From assembly GCA_964360065.1 (NCBI GenBank), contig CAYHTW010000001.1, positions 86,289-150,288 of the forward strand: DNA of 64,000 nucleotides, written 5' to 3'. Within the stretch, counting starts at the first letter, position 1. Each line of letters starts with the position of its first letter. Shown piece after piece: positions 38,496 through 47,288 of this stretch. Under the pieces are notes generated by a model. That model saw only the letters and a program-made list of their open reading frames with translations. It had not been told where the DNA came from and ran no database searches. Origin of the DNA: an uncultured Candidatus Saccharibacteria bacterium (GTDB taxonomy: Bacteria > Patescibacteriota > Minisyncoccia > UBA6257 > Colwellbacteraceae). Position numbers and translations under genes: made by a program.

Positions 38496-38969
38496 TTAAA
38501 CCACAACATCAAGTTTTGAATTCCAGAGTATAGCTTCTATCGCTCTGCTCCCCGAAGATTTTGCTTTGCGGAATTTCCAATTGTGGATAGCAGGGTAGCC
38601 ATACTTTGAATCATTACTAATGGCTTTATTACTGCCCACATAGAAACCGATGTGGCGATGCAGCGCCTCTTTCCCCGAACTGGCCGGACTCCAGATTATA
38701 ACAGCGCCGGGTTTAGGCTTGGAAATCTCCCGCCAACCGGATATTTTCAATTCACGTTCTACCCTATCCACGGTCAAATGCGGTGCGTCTATAAGGTCAA
38801 AGAGATTCAGGACAACAGAGACAAACCAAGCACAAGACAGCTCGCCGTTTTCGGTAATATCCATTTTCTTGCTGCCGTTAAGAACATAAAAATTCCTGAA
38901 AGACTTTGAGCCAACGCTATTTTTGACGACAGCCAGATATGTGTCTTTTATAAGCGACTTAATAGCCAT
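38496..38969 (-). CDS. Hypothetical protein, possible NlpC/P60-CHAP-like amidase
   Basis: SCAWFVS, PKPGAVIIW, HIGFYVG. Confidence 0.5.
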   Translation of the reverse strand: MAIKSLIKDTYLAVVKNSVGSKSFRNFYVLNGSKKMDITENGELSCAWFVSVVLNLFDLIDAPHLTVDRVERELKISGWREISKPKPGAVIIWSPASSGKEALHRHIGFYVGSNKAISNDSKYGYPAIHNWKFRKAKSSGSRAIEAILWNSKLDVVV

Positions 38970-39036
38970 ATTATTTATATAGATTTATTTACCCTCTTCT
39001 TTTATTTTTTTCTTTCATCGCTTATTATTTTAATCT

Positions 39037-39693
39037 TTATTTAGTACTTTTAAAACTTAGCTTGCTGGCGCCTTCCCTTAAAACTTTTAACTTCCCTTTC
39101 TTCAAAGAAACAAGAGTTGATGGTTTAGAGATAACCTTACCGCCATCAAGGTACAAAGCCCTTTTACCGAAATATTTTTTAGCCTCGGAGATTAATCTGG
39201 CCGGTTCATGCCCTTCCAAATTAGCACTGGGCGCAACCAGGGGGCCAGTTTGAACCAAGAGATTCCTTAGCCACCTCGGCCGTGGCAGACGGAAAGCAAT
39301 TGTATTTGTGCCGCGGTGCAGATAATCAATATCTACGGAGCAATTTAAAACAACACTCACCTTGCCCGGCCAAATATTGTTAAGGATTTTTTCTTCTTTA
39401 ATGGCGAGCTTAACTCCGAAGAGATTAAGATCGTCCAGAGAACTTATAAGAACTACCATCGGTTTGCCTGGACTTCTGCGGCGTAACTTATAAATACGCT
39501 CTACGGTTTTAAGTGAAAGTGCCTGGCCAACTATTCCGTAGATAGTATCGGTCTGCATTACAACAACTCTGCCATTTTTAAGGGCCCTCTTTAAGGCATT
39601 AACTGTTCTTTTTTTAACTAACGAGTTCACGCTCAATATTATAATTAAATCACAAGTTCCCTTTTCTAATCTTGTCGCGCACTCGTTCAACAT
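39037..39693 (-). CDS. tsaC: L-threonylcarbamoyladenylate synthase (YrdC/Sua5); true start probably downstream
   Basis: TDTIYG, K.R...KP, WPG, APSAN, PST. Confidence 0.9.
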   Translation of the reverse strand: MLNECATRLEKGTCDLIIILSVNSLVKKRTVNALKRALKNGRVVVMQTDTIYGIVGQALSLKTVERIYKLRRRSPGKPMVVLISSLDDLNLFGVKLAIKEEKILNNIWPGKVSVVLNCSVDIDYLHRGTNTIAFRLPRPRWLRNLLVQTGPLVAPSANLEGHEPARLISEAKKYFGKRALYLDGGKVISKPSTLVSLKKGKLKVLREGASKLSFKSTK

Positions 39694-40795
39694 AAGAATT
39701 GAATAAATACAGGTTATGAATAGTTAAAAGTTTCATCCCCGTTATTTCTTTAGCCCTTATAAGGTGCGCCAGATAACTTCTGGTGTAAGTTTCACAGACC
39801 GAGCAATCACATTTCTTATCCAGCGCTTTCAGGTCTTTTAAGAAAATAGCTTTGTTCATATCCAATTTGCCGGTTGAAGTGAAAGCCATTCCACGCCTCC
39901 CATAATGGGTTGGCACGGTACAGTCAAAAGTATCAATCCCCAATTTTACAATCCGCTCAATATCTTCCAAATAACCGATCCCTAAGAGGTGCCTTGGTTT
40001 AGATTCGTCTAAAACTTTTGTGACCCAGCCGACAATACTGCTCATCTCTTCTTTCGTTTTGCCCAAATCTCCGCCTATGCCGAAACCAGAGAAACCAAGT
40101 GAATTAATATAGTTGGAAGCGACTTCCCGTAAATCTTTGAAACTAGAACCCTGAACAATACCGTAAAGAGCCTGTTTTGATTTAGTGGGATGTGCTTCTA
40201 AACAAATTTTAGCCCAAGCGTGCGTACGGGAAAGAGATTTCTCGGCATACTTGTAACTCACTAACGGCGCGGTACATTCGTCAAAGGCGAATATAATGTC
40301 CGCTCCAAGATAGTGCTGTATTTTCATGGATTCCTTGGGGCCAAGAAAAGCTTTGTCGCCGTTAGGCAACCTAAAAGTCGCTCCTTCATCGTTAATGATG
40401 ACATGGTTGGGATTCTCGCCGTGGTTAATGGGCTCCGCCACGCGGCCAGGGAAATATTTTAAAAGCTTACCTACCTGTAAATCTTTGCCGAAACCAAAGC
40501 TGAAAACCTGGAAGCCGCCGGAGTCTGTCATTAGGGGGTTAGGCCAATTCATAAACTTATGCAGGCCGCCGTTTTTAGCTACGATTTTCTCTCCCGGTTT
40601 TTGGTGGAGGTGATAGGTGTTGGCTATAAGAATCTGAGTTTTAGTTTGCAGGACTTCATCTGCCGAGAGAGTCTTAACTACCCCTTGAGTGGCAACTCCC
40701 ACAATAGCAGGAGTAAGTACTTCTCCGTGAGGAGTTTTGAGTATTCCAAGCCTAGCACGGCTTTTCTTTGATTTTTTGATAACTTTAAACTCCAT
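39650..40795 (-). CDS. tgt: tRNA-guanine transglycosylase
   Basis: ANTYHL, TDSGGFQVFS, FDEC, GIVQG, DTFDC, C.C..C...HN Zn site. Confidence 0.95.
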   Translation of the reverse strand: MEFKVIKKSKKSRARLGILKTPHGEVLTPAIVGVATQGVVKTLSADEVLQTKTQILIANTYHLHQKPGEKIVAKNGGLHKFMNWPNPLMTDSGGFQVFSFGFGKDLQVGKLLKYFPGRVAEPINHGENPNHVIINDEGATFRLPNGDKAFLGPKESMKIQHYLGADIIFAFDECTAPLVSYKYAEKSLSRTHAWAKICLEAHPTKSKQALYGIVQGSSFKDLREVASNYINSLGFSGFGIGGDLGKTKEEMSSIVGWVTKVLDESKPRHLLGIGYLEDIERIVKLGIDTFDCTVPTHYGRRGMAFTSTGKLDMNKAIFLKDLKALDKKCDCSVCETYTRSYLAHLIRAKEITGMKLLTIHNLYLFNSYVERVRDKIRKGNL

Positions 40796-40802
40796 TCAAT
40801 TA

Positions 40803-41498
40803 TTAAAAGCGAGTTAGTATGTACGAAGCGATTATAGCGGCGGTTTCGGCGCGGAAAGTGAGCTTGCCAAGACTCACAATGCTAAACCCATTATTTCTTG
40901 CCAAAGACAGTTCCCTCTCGGTCCAGCCTCCTTCAGGTCCGATGAAAGCTGTAATCTCCACATTCAAAGAAGCTTCTTTGAGTACCTCCCCCGACGAATC
41001 AAATAGAAAGCTACTGCCCACACTAGAGACATTTGCTACCGCCTCTTCAAAAGACATAGGTTCTAAAATAACCGGTACAATACCTCTTCCGGACTGCTCG
41101 GCAGCTTCTTTAGCAATTTTCTCCAAACGTTCTTTGTTGAGGCCCAGCTTAATTGTCCGCTCGCTGATAACGGGGACAATTGTTTTAATGCCGATCTCGG
41201 TGGCCTTTTGCACAACAAGCTCAAAGTTTTCTTTCTTTAAAACAGAACAATAAAGAGTAACTGAGTTCTTTGGTTCATTGTCGTTCTCCTGAACCTTAGT
41301 TGCCTTCAAGATAATAGAAGATTTACTAATTCCCGTTATTTCGGCCAGCATCTCATGCCCTAGGCCGTCTCCGACTACTATTTTCTCACCAAGCTTCAGA
41401 CGGAGGACATTTTTAATCTGCCCGACAACTTCCTGGTCAATAATTTCCAAGTCATCGGTCATTAAATCGCTAGAAATTATAAATCTGTGGGTTTTCAT
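40803..41498 (-). CDS. rsmE: 16S rRNA m3U1498 methyltransferase
   Basis: VLRL, QKATEIG, EAAEQSGR, IGPEGG, RAETA. Confidence 0.95.
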   Translation of the reverse strand: MKTHRFIISSDLMTDDLEIIDQEVVGQIKNVLRLKLGEKIVVGDGLGHEMLAEITGISKSSIILKATKVQENDNEPKNSVTLYCSVLKKENFELVVQKATEIGIKTIVPVISERTIKLGLNKERLEKIAKEAAEQSGRGIVPVILEPMSFEEAVANVSSVGSSFLFDSSGEVLKEASLNVEITAFIGPEGGWTERELSLARNNGFSIVSLGKLTFRAETAAIIASYILTRF

Positions 41499-41499
41499 T

Positions 41500-42480
41500 T
41501 TAATAAAATATAGTTGTAGTTAAGTGGTGCTGTTCACTCATTTCTATTCTCTTGCTTTCATTCCATAATAGCCAATCTATTTCAAAAGATTTTAATCTAA
41601 CTCCTCTGGCTTTTAGTTCTTCATTGATATATTCAACTGCCCAGACGGTAGCGCTCCTTATCTCCACTTCTTCGTTGCTGCCAGGTTTGAGTTCTGTTCT
41701 GAGTTTTATCTTTTCCGCAAGCTTCGGAGAGTATTCCATAACTTTCCAGTGATTTAATATCTGTGGCAATTTGTAGTCCGGGAAAGCGGTTAAATAATCC
41801 AAGTCATCAAAATAACCTACACCCACTCCTTTAATGATGCCATAAATATCTCCTACCAATATTTGAGCTCGCTTCCACAAATAGATCTTTCTACCCCCGT
41901 AAGTTGCTTCATCGTTAAAATAAGGTAATTCAGCGGCTATTTTCGGGACTAATTTAGCCGCCTTGTGTCCACCGGATAGAATAAATCTTTCGGAGTTCCC
42001 GCTGTAATTCTCTACCAAGAACCTACTCACGGCATAAACAATCTCCAAGCGTTTCTTAAGAAGTTGCAAGATTCCTTCACCTTGAAAGATGGCGGAAAAT
42101 TCTTCAAAACTTATTTTGGAGAGATAGTTAAAGTTGGCTTTCTTGGGTTCGTTCTCAAAAAACTTTTTTAATGACATTGATAGCGCGAAGTAACCGCGGT
42201 AAATCTCTCCTCTATAGTCTACGTTCCACTTATTGCCTTCATCAGGGGCCCAGAAACAAAAGTTTAGACTGTCCAGTAAAATAACGTAGTCAGTAAGCCG
42301 CCTAGTGTCGTTACTTTCCAGGTGATGCTCGGCATCCCAAGCTGGAGCCGAAACGTGAGATTTACTCCACTCTTCAACCAACCTCGCCACCTCTTTTCTG
42401 TTGACTGTGACGCTTTTTGATTTTTCCACTACGGCTAGCGTTGAAGCAAGAACCGGATTTTTATCTTCCGTCCCCCTCAT
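41500..42480 (-). CDS. Queuosine salvage hydrolase (DUF2419/QNG1 family)
   Basis: DSLNFCFW, F.D, KRAQIL..D, LTAFPDYKLPQIL, EVEIR, D..LW, HH.T.TIFY. Confidence 0.88.
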   Translation of the reverse strand: MRGTEDKNPVLASTLAVVEKSKSVTVNRKEVARLVEEWSKSHVSAPAWDAEHHLESNDTRRLTDYVILLDSLNFCFWAPDEGNKWNVDYRGEIYRGYFALSMSLKKFFENEPKKANFNYLSKISFEEFSAIFQGEGILQLLKKRLEIVYAVSRFLVENYSGNSERFILSGGHKAAKLVPKIAAELPYFNDEATYGGRKIYLWKRAQILVGDIYGIIKGVGVGYFDDLDYLTAFPDYKLPQILNHWKVMEYSPKLAEKIKLRTELKPGSNEEVEIRSATVWAVEYINEELKARGVRLKSFEIDWLLWNESKRIEMSEQHHLTTTIFY

Positions 42481-42806
42481 TACTTTATTTTAGCTCCAGG
42501 TAAGACATTTTTATCAGGCTCTAGTAAGATTGGTCCTGATTCGTCGTCAGCTGCTAAAAGCATCCCCTGACTTTCTAAACCTAAGAGAGATTTAGGTTCA
42601 AGATTAACCACCACTATAATCTCCAGACCTACCATTATTTCGGGGTCATAAACTTTACCGATACCGGCTATTATCTGCCTCTCGCCCATCTCCGGACCTA
42701 TGTCTACTTTCAATTTAAGTAGTTTATCTGAACCTTCAACACGCTCGGCAGAAAGAACCTTGCCAACCCGCATATCCACGTTTTGAAATTCAGGATAAGA
42801 TATCAT
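42480..42806 (-). CDS. Free-standing tRNA-binding OB protein (Trbp111/CsaA/MetRS C-domain)
   Basis: DMRVGKV, DKLL.L.VD.G, RQIIAGI, NLEP, SQGMLLAA. Confidence 0.9.
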   Translation of the reverse strand: MISYPEFQNVDMRVGKVLSAERVEGSDKLLKLKVDIGPEMGERQIIAGIGKVYDPEIMVGLEIIVVVNLEPKSLLGLESQGMLLAADDESGPILLEPDKNVLPGAKIK

Positions 42807-42854
42807 TGCCTACCTATTATACAACTAACTAATATTTCTATAAAAACTAAGCTT

Positions 42855-43259
42855 CTAAACGGCTTCAGAAGTGACTCCGTCAAAGTGGTCGTGCTCCTCG
42901 TCCTCTACCGCATCGGCTTTTGTGACGTGTATTGTGCCATCAATATGATTAGGTGGAGAATAAACCGTATAAATCTTCATCGGCTCGGTGCCAGTATTAA
43001 TCACGTTGTGCTTGGTTCCCTGTGGGACAACTATCGCCCAGCCGTCGCTAATCGGATGCCGAACTCCGTTTAAGACGGTTTTGCCACTGCCTCCTTCTAT
43101 TCTGATAAATTGGTCTAATTGATGAATCTCTTCTCCAATCTCCTCTCCTGGAGCCAGACTCATTAAAACCAGCTGGCTGTTTTTGGCGGTGTAGAGAACT
43201 TTCCTGAAATTAGCGTTCTCTAGGGTCTCGGCCTCTATATTAACTACATAACCTTTCAT
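42855..43259 (-). CDS. Cupin domain protein
   Basis: NFRKVLYT, EEIGEEIH, HNVIN, YSPPNH. Confidence 0.85.
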   Translation of the reverse strand: MKGYVVNIEAETLENANFRKVLYTAKNSQLVLMSLAPGEEIGEEIHQLDQFIRIEGGSGKTVLNGVRHPISDGWAIVVPQGTKHNVINTGTEPMKIYTVYSPPNHIDGTIHVTKADAVEDEEHDHFDGVTSEAV

Positions 43260-43477
43260 ATTTTTATTTCAAATATTTTATTCCTAGATCTAGCTCCTTT
43301 AATTAGTTTAATAACTCCCCGTGTGATTTTAAAGTGGTGTGCCAATGCTTTGAGTACTGCCTTAGTCGCCAGGCCTCGTTCCGGCTTCTCTTTCACGTGG
43401 ACATCAAAACTATCCTCTGACTTTATTACTATTCTCTCTTTCTTGGAGTTAGGATGGGTTTTAACTTTGATGTGCAT
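43256..43477 (-). CDS. DUF167 (YggU family) protein
   Basis: VK..P.SK, P..G.A, G..SR.K. Confidence 0.8.
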   Translation of the reverse strand: MHIKVKTHPNSKKERIVIKSEDSFDVHVKEKPERGLATKAVLKALAHHFKITRGVIKLIKGARSRNKIFEIKI

Positions 43478-43530
43478 TTAATTCTCGTAAGATGACCGAA
43501 CTAAACTTCTACCACTATCATCTTTTTTAA

Positions 43531-43749
43531 TTATAGCTTTTCGATTTCTTTTAAGTCTTTATCGGGAAGGTATAAAATCAACAACCCGACTATAATACCT
43601 CCCACAGCAGTCCAGATGTGACTGCCCTCGAAAAACCAAATATCCAGGCCGTCCAATACGTACCAAATCCCCCGCCAAATCAAAACCAAACTTATAACAA
43701 TGAAAATGTTTTTAGCAAAGTAACGTATGGTTATCTTACTTTTTGGCAT
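43531..43749 (-). CDS. Small two-TM hypothetical protein
   Basis: ORF with own TATAAT; WRGIW..LD. Confidence 0.65.
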   Translation of the reverse strand: MPKSKITIRYFAKNIFIVISLVLIWRGIWYVLDGLDIWFFEGSHIWTAVGGIIVGLLILYLPDKDLKEIEKL

Positions 43750-43780
43750 AATGTTTCGTTAATTATACCAGATACGTAAC

Positions 43781-44353
43781 TTATGTTTCCAATATTGCGT
43801 TCAAGGCAGATTCCAGTTTTTCTACACCGTCATCGGCAGTGAAATGCCCCATATTACGCTCAACAATAATTTCAGCGTTAAATCTTTTCCTTAAGAGCTC
43901 TATATTTTCGCCATGTACGTGTGGGTCGTTGTCCGAAAAGATAGCCGTTATTTTGGGAGTGTGTTTAATAACATCCACTTCTTTAATCGAAGTATTAATC
44001 CATGGTGCAGCCACTTGCTGTTCCTCGTCGCTTTCTAAGTTAGACAAGGTAAGCCACGGCGCGATAAGCACCACGCCGCCGACTTTTACTTCCGGCTGTA
44101 ATCTCTCCAAATATCTCAAAATAGTTTGGCAACCGATAGAATGCCCTACGAGTATCGTATCTTTGTTCGGCACCCCGATTACTTCCTCAAGTTTAGAAAC
44201 CCAAGCTTCAATCTCCGGCTTTTCAGAGTTGGTCATTTCCGGCACAACAACCTCAAAGTCCTTCTTCTCTAATTCTGACTTCAGCCACTTATATAAAGGC
44301 TCGTGAGGAGTGCCTCCCCAACTGTGAATTATAAAAACTCTTTTTTGATTCAT
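43781..44353 (-). CDS. RBBP9/YdeN family alpha/beta hydrolase (start at MNQKR preferred)
   Basis: IIH.WGG, GHSIG, SDNDP, GHF. Confidence 0.88.
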   Translation of the reverse strand: MNQKRVFIIHSWGGTPHEPLYKWLKSELEKKDFEVVVPEMTNSEKPEIEAWVSKLEEVIGVPNKDTILVGHSIGCQTILRYLERLQPEVKVGGVVLIAPWLTLSNLESDEEQQVAAPWINTSIKEVDVIKHTPKITAIFSDNDPHVHGENIELLRKRFNAEIIVERNMGHFTADDGVEKLESALNAILET

Positions 44354-44360
44354 AAATTTA

Positions 44361-44756
44361 TCATCGCGAAATTTTGCTTCTTCTAACTTCCGTTTGGCGT
44401 ACCTGGGCTTCACTCATCCCGAAATGATGGGCTATTTCATGCCAAACGGTATTTTTAACTATCTCTTTTAAATCTTTTTCGTCCCGCGCTTCTGCCTCAA
44501 TCGATTTTTTAAAAATCGTGATTTTATCTGGAAGCACCGCGCTGTAGTTCGCCCCCCGCTCTAACCGCGACACGCCTTCGTATAAACCGAGTAATGTCCA
44601 TTTCTCGTGAATATTCAACTCCTTTTTTTGGACAGACGTCGGTTCGTCTTCAACAACAATAATCACATTATCTAACTTACGCAAAAACTTTTCCGGAATC
44701 GCGTTTATTCCTTCTCCAACAATTTTTTCAAATTCTTCCCTTTTTAACCTTCGCAT
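44361..44756 (-). CDS. Zincin-like metallopeptidase family protein
   Basis: LLGLYEG, PDKITIF, HEIAHHFG. Confidence 0.88.
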   Translation of the reverse strand: MRRLKREEFEKIVGEGINAIPEKFLRKLDNVIIVVEDEPTSVQKKELNIHEKWTLLGLYEGVSRLERGANYSAVLPDKITIFKKSIEAEARDEKDLKEIVKNTVWHEIAHHFGMSEAQVRQTEVRRSKISR

Positions 44757-44875
44757 AAACTTGCCTATCTAATTTTTTATTGGCTAATTTTAGCTGACAA
44801 GGCTCTCCCAAAACTTTAATCCCTCTTTAACCGTCTTCTGGTTAACCTTATGGCGACTTACTTTTCATTGTTATC

Positions 44876-45076
44876 CTACTCCAGGCCCTCCTTAATCTCT
44901 TCAAATTTATTTTTAATACCCTTAAGTTTTGTTTTTAAGTCTTTGATTATTTCTGCTCCCTGCTTAACCTTCTCCAAACCTTCTTCCAGATCTATCTCTT
45001 CTTGTTTTTCAAACCACTCGGCAATGGATTCCAACTTGCTTAAAGATTCGCTTACTTTTTTATCGTTTTCTTTCAT
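44876..45076 (-). CDS. xseB: Exodeoxyribonuclease VII small subunit
   Basis: L..LE.I, DLEEGL, G..I...L; downstream of xseA. Confidence 0.85.
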   Translation of the reverse strand: MKENDKKVSESLSKLESIAEWFEKQEEIDLEEGLEKVKQGAEIIKDLKTKLKGIKNKFEEIKEGLE

Positions 45077-45088
45077 GTTTATTATTTT

Positions 45089-45385
45089 ACCCCCACACCT
45101 AATCGATTTTAAGACTTTTAGTAATTCTTCGTTTTAGTTGATTTAAAGCGTTAGCTCGCAATTTTAAATTATGTTCTCTGTGTCTGGCGTCCTCTTCCGA
45201 CTTATATGCCTCGCAATACACAAGCTCAAAAGGCGAACGATATTTTGTTGAACGACTTAATCCTTTGTTGTGTTCTAAAAGTCTTCTTTTCAAATTATTA
45301 GTGGAGCCGATATACAACTCTTTATCTACTTTACTCCTAATAATATAAACACAGAACATTAATTAAATCGATTAGGTGTGGGGGT
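45089..45385. mobile_element. 297-bp GIY-YIG cassette bounded by perfect 21-bp inverted repeats
   Basis: ACCCCCACACCTAATCGATTT (45089-45109) / AAATCGATTAGGTGTGGGGGT (45365-45385). Confidence 0.8.
45099..45359 (-). CDS. Small GIY-YIG nuclease
   Basis: VYIIRS...LYIGST.NL.RR..EHN.G, ELVY.E, A..RE..LK. Confidence 0.92.
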   Translation of the reverse strand: MFCVYIIRSKVDKELYIGSTNNLKRRLLEHNKGLSRSTKYRSPFELVYCEAYKSEEDARHREHNLKLRANALNQLKRRITKSLKID

Positions 45386-46856
45386 TAATTTTCTTTATTT
45401 CCGACTCTACTTCTCCTTTATATAGCCTAGTTTTCAACTTCTCCCCTACTTTGAGGCCAGAGGTGTCTCTGACCACTTTACCAGAATTGTCGGTCACGAT
45501 GCTATACCCAAGCTTCAGATTTCTTTCCGGGCTCACTCCTTCCAGGTATTTACCGACATTCTCTACGCTCTTTAGAGCTGCCTCCAAAGCGCTTTCGTAT
45601 GAGTCTATAATAGACGATTTAAGGTTCTCAAACTTAACGAAGGCTCTTTCAAAGTAGCTTGTCATCTTGGACAGCGAAGAACCGACAAAGTTGTCGGCAG
45701 AACGAATACAGCCTTCGTAACGGTTAAAAATTGTCACCTCAAGTGAAGGCAGGCGAACAGTCAGTTTATCCCAAGAGGCATTTACTCTAATAGCAGCTCC
45801 TGTAGGAGTTGAGGGGGCGTCGTCTCCGACGAGACTTGAGATAGGAACGTCCTTGTGGTGGCCTATGGCGCAAATAGTGGGCACCCTAGAGGCAAATATG
45901 GCTTTAGCAACCAGTTCGTTATTAAAGGCTTGCAGGTCTTCTAGGCTTCCGCCGCCACGCATTACCACCATCACATCAAGTTTCATTCTTTCGGCGTTGC
46001 TGTTAAACCAAGAGAGAGCTTCGCAGATATCGTCCACCGCTCTGACTCCCTCCACTCTGACGTCTTTGAGGAAAACCTCAAAGCCAAGTTCTCTGAGGTT
46101 GTTTTTAAAATCCTCTATGACTGCTCCCTGGCGTGAGGTAACTACACCAATTCTTTTAATAAACTCGGGTAATTCTCTTTTTCTGGTGAATAAGCCTTCC
46201 TTTTCCAGCTTGGCCTTCAGGAGTTCGTAAGCTTTTTTAAGAGACCCTTCGCCGGTTAGCTCAAGAGTTTGAATGGTAAAACTAAACTTACTGGTCCTTT
46301 CTATAACTTTCGGGAAGCCTCCTACTTTAACTTTCATCCCCTCTTCCAGCTCCAAACCAAGGCTATCGTAGGTATAAAGCCTCATATAGCACTCCATTAT
46401 CCCTTCACCGCTTTCATCTTTTAAAGTTATATAAACTCCGGTGGTGTGTAATTTAATTGTCACTATTTCTCCGCAAACAGAAACATTCTGAGAATAAAGA
46501 ATGCTATTTACCTTGCTCAAAAATTCTCTGACCGAAAAAATAACTTCGCCCGTTTCGGTGAACTGTGTATTTTTCTCTTCTTCTTTTTTGAACGCCCAAC
46601 TCGATTCACCTTTAGTGATGGCTAAAATAGCCGGACCAAGCTCTTTGAGCTTCTTAGGGCCGATTCCTTTTATGCCTTCTAATTCTTTTAAAGTCTGCGG
46701 CATAGACTCGGCAATGAAATCTATTGTTTTATTCTGGAGAATTTTAAATCTCTCCTGGCCTGTCTTTTGCGCCAAGTCGTTTCTTAGGTCGGTGAGCCGT
46801 CTTATCGCCAACCAATTTTTATTTCTAAAGCTTTCAGCGAAGGGCAGAGTATCCAT
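45372..46856 (-). CDS. xseA: Exodeoxyribonuclease VII large subunit with N-terminal HRDC-like domain
   Basis: IGVVTS..GA...D, RGGGSLEDL.AFN, AIGH..D, STPTGAA, L..GYS; N-terminal P.T..EL..I.GIG..K. Confidence 0.92.
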   Translation of the reverse strand: MDTLPFAESFRNKNWLAIRRLTDLRNDLAQKTGQERFKILQNKTIDFIAESMPQTLKELEGIKGIGPKKLKELGPAILAITKGESSWAFKKEEEKNTQFTETGEVIFSVREFLSKVNSILYSQNVSVCGEIVTIKLHTTGVYITLKDESGEGIMECYMRLYTYDSLGLELEEGMKVKVGGFPKVIERTSKFSFTIQTLELTGEGSLKKAYELLKAKLEKEGLFTRKRELPEFIKRIGVVTSRQGAVIEDFKNNLRELGFEVFLKDVRVEGVRAVDDICEALSWFNSNAERMKLDVMVVMRGGGSLEDLQAFNNELVAKAIFASRVPTICAIGHHKDVPISSLVGDDAPSTPTGAAIRVNASWDKLTVRLPSLEVTIFNRYEGCIRSADNFVGSSLSKMTSYFERAFVKFENLKSSIIDSYESALEAALKSVENVGKYLEGVSPERNLKLGYSIVTDNSGKVVRDTSGLKVGEKLKTRLYKGEVESEIKKINPHT

Positions 46857-46914
46857 TTAAATCCCAGATTTTATTAGGGCCAAGATCATTTTTAAAGGAT
46901 TTTTCATATTTTTG

Positions 46915-46985
46915 TGGACCTACGGGGAATCGAACCCCGACCTCTTCCATGCCATGGAAGCGTAATACCATTTTACTATAGGCCC
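46915..46985 (-). tRNA. tRNA-Ala(GGC)
   Basis: G3:U70, CTTCC-ATGGCAT-GGAAG, GGTTCGA T-loop. Confidence 0.93.
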
Positions 46986-47009
46986 GGAACGAAGAGCTTG
47001 AATCATTTT

Positions 47010-47147
47010 ACCCCGCACAACAACCGCGATAGAGCTAACCCTATTTCTCATAATCGCAGTGTCGTGATTATATTCTACCAATAGTAGACAATCAACCTCC
47101 TAAGTCTAGTGTTAGCTCAAAATCGTAATCGCAGTTATGTGACGGGG
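47010..47147. repeat. Long imperfect hairpin between tRNA-Ala and tRNA-Ser
   Basis: ACCCCGCACAACAACCGCGAT..GAGCTAAC / GTTAGCTC..ATCGCAGTTATGTGACGGGG. Confidence 0.6.
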
Positions 47148-47192
47148 CATGCTTGAAAAACACAGTAAATCAAGGCATTATAAGGTAATTAA

Positions 47193-47282
47193 GGTGAGGT
47201 GGCCGAGTGGTTTAAGGCGGCAGTCTTGAAAACTGCTATATCAGAAATGGTATCGTGAGTTCGAATCTCACCCTCACCGCCA
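47193..47282 (+). tRNA. tRNA-Ser(TGA)
   Basis: GCAGT-CTTGAAA-ACTGC, long variable arm, encoded CCA. Confidence 0.96.
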
Positions 47283-47288
47283 GCAGTA

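Noticed and set aside
44760-44870. Possible gene remnant between xseB and the zincin gene
   Set aside because: Only a short open stretch with no recognisable family.
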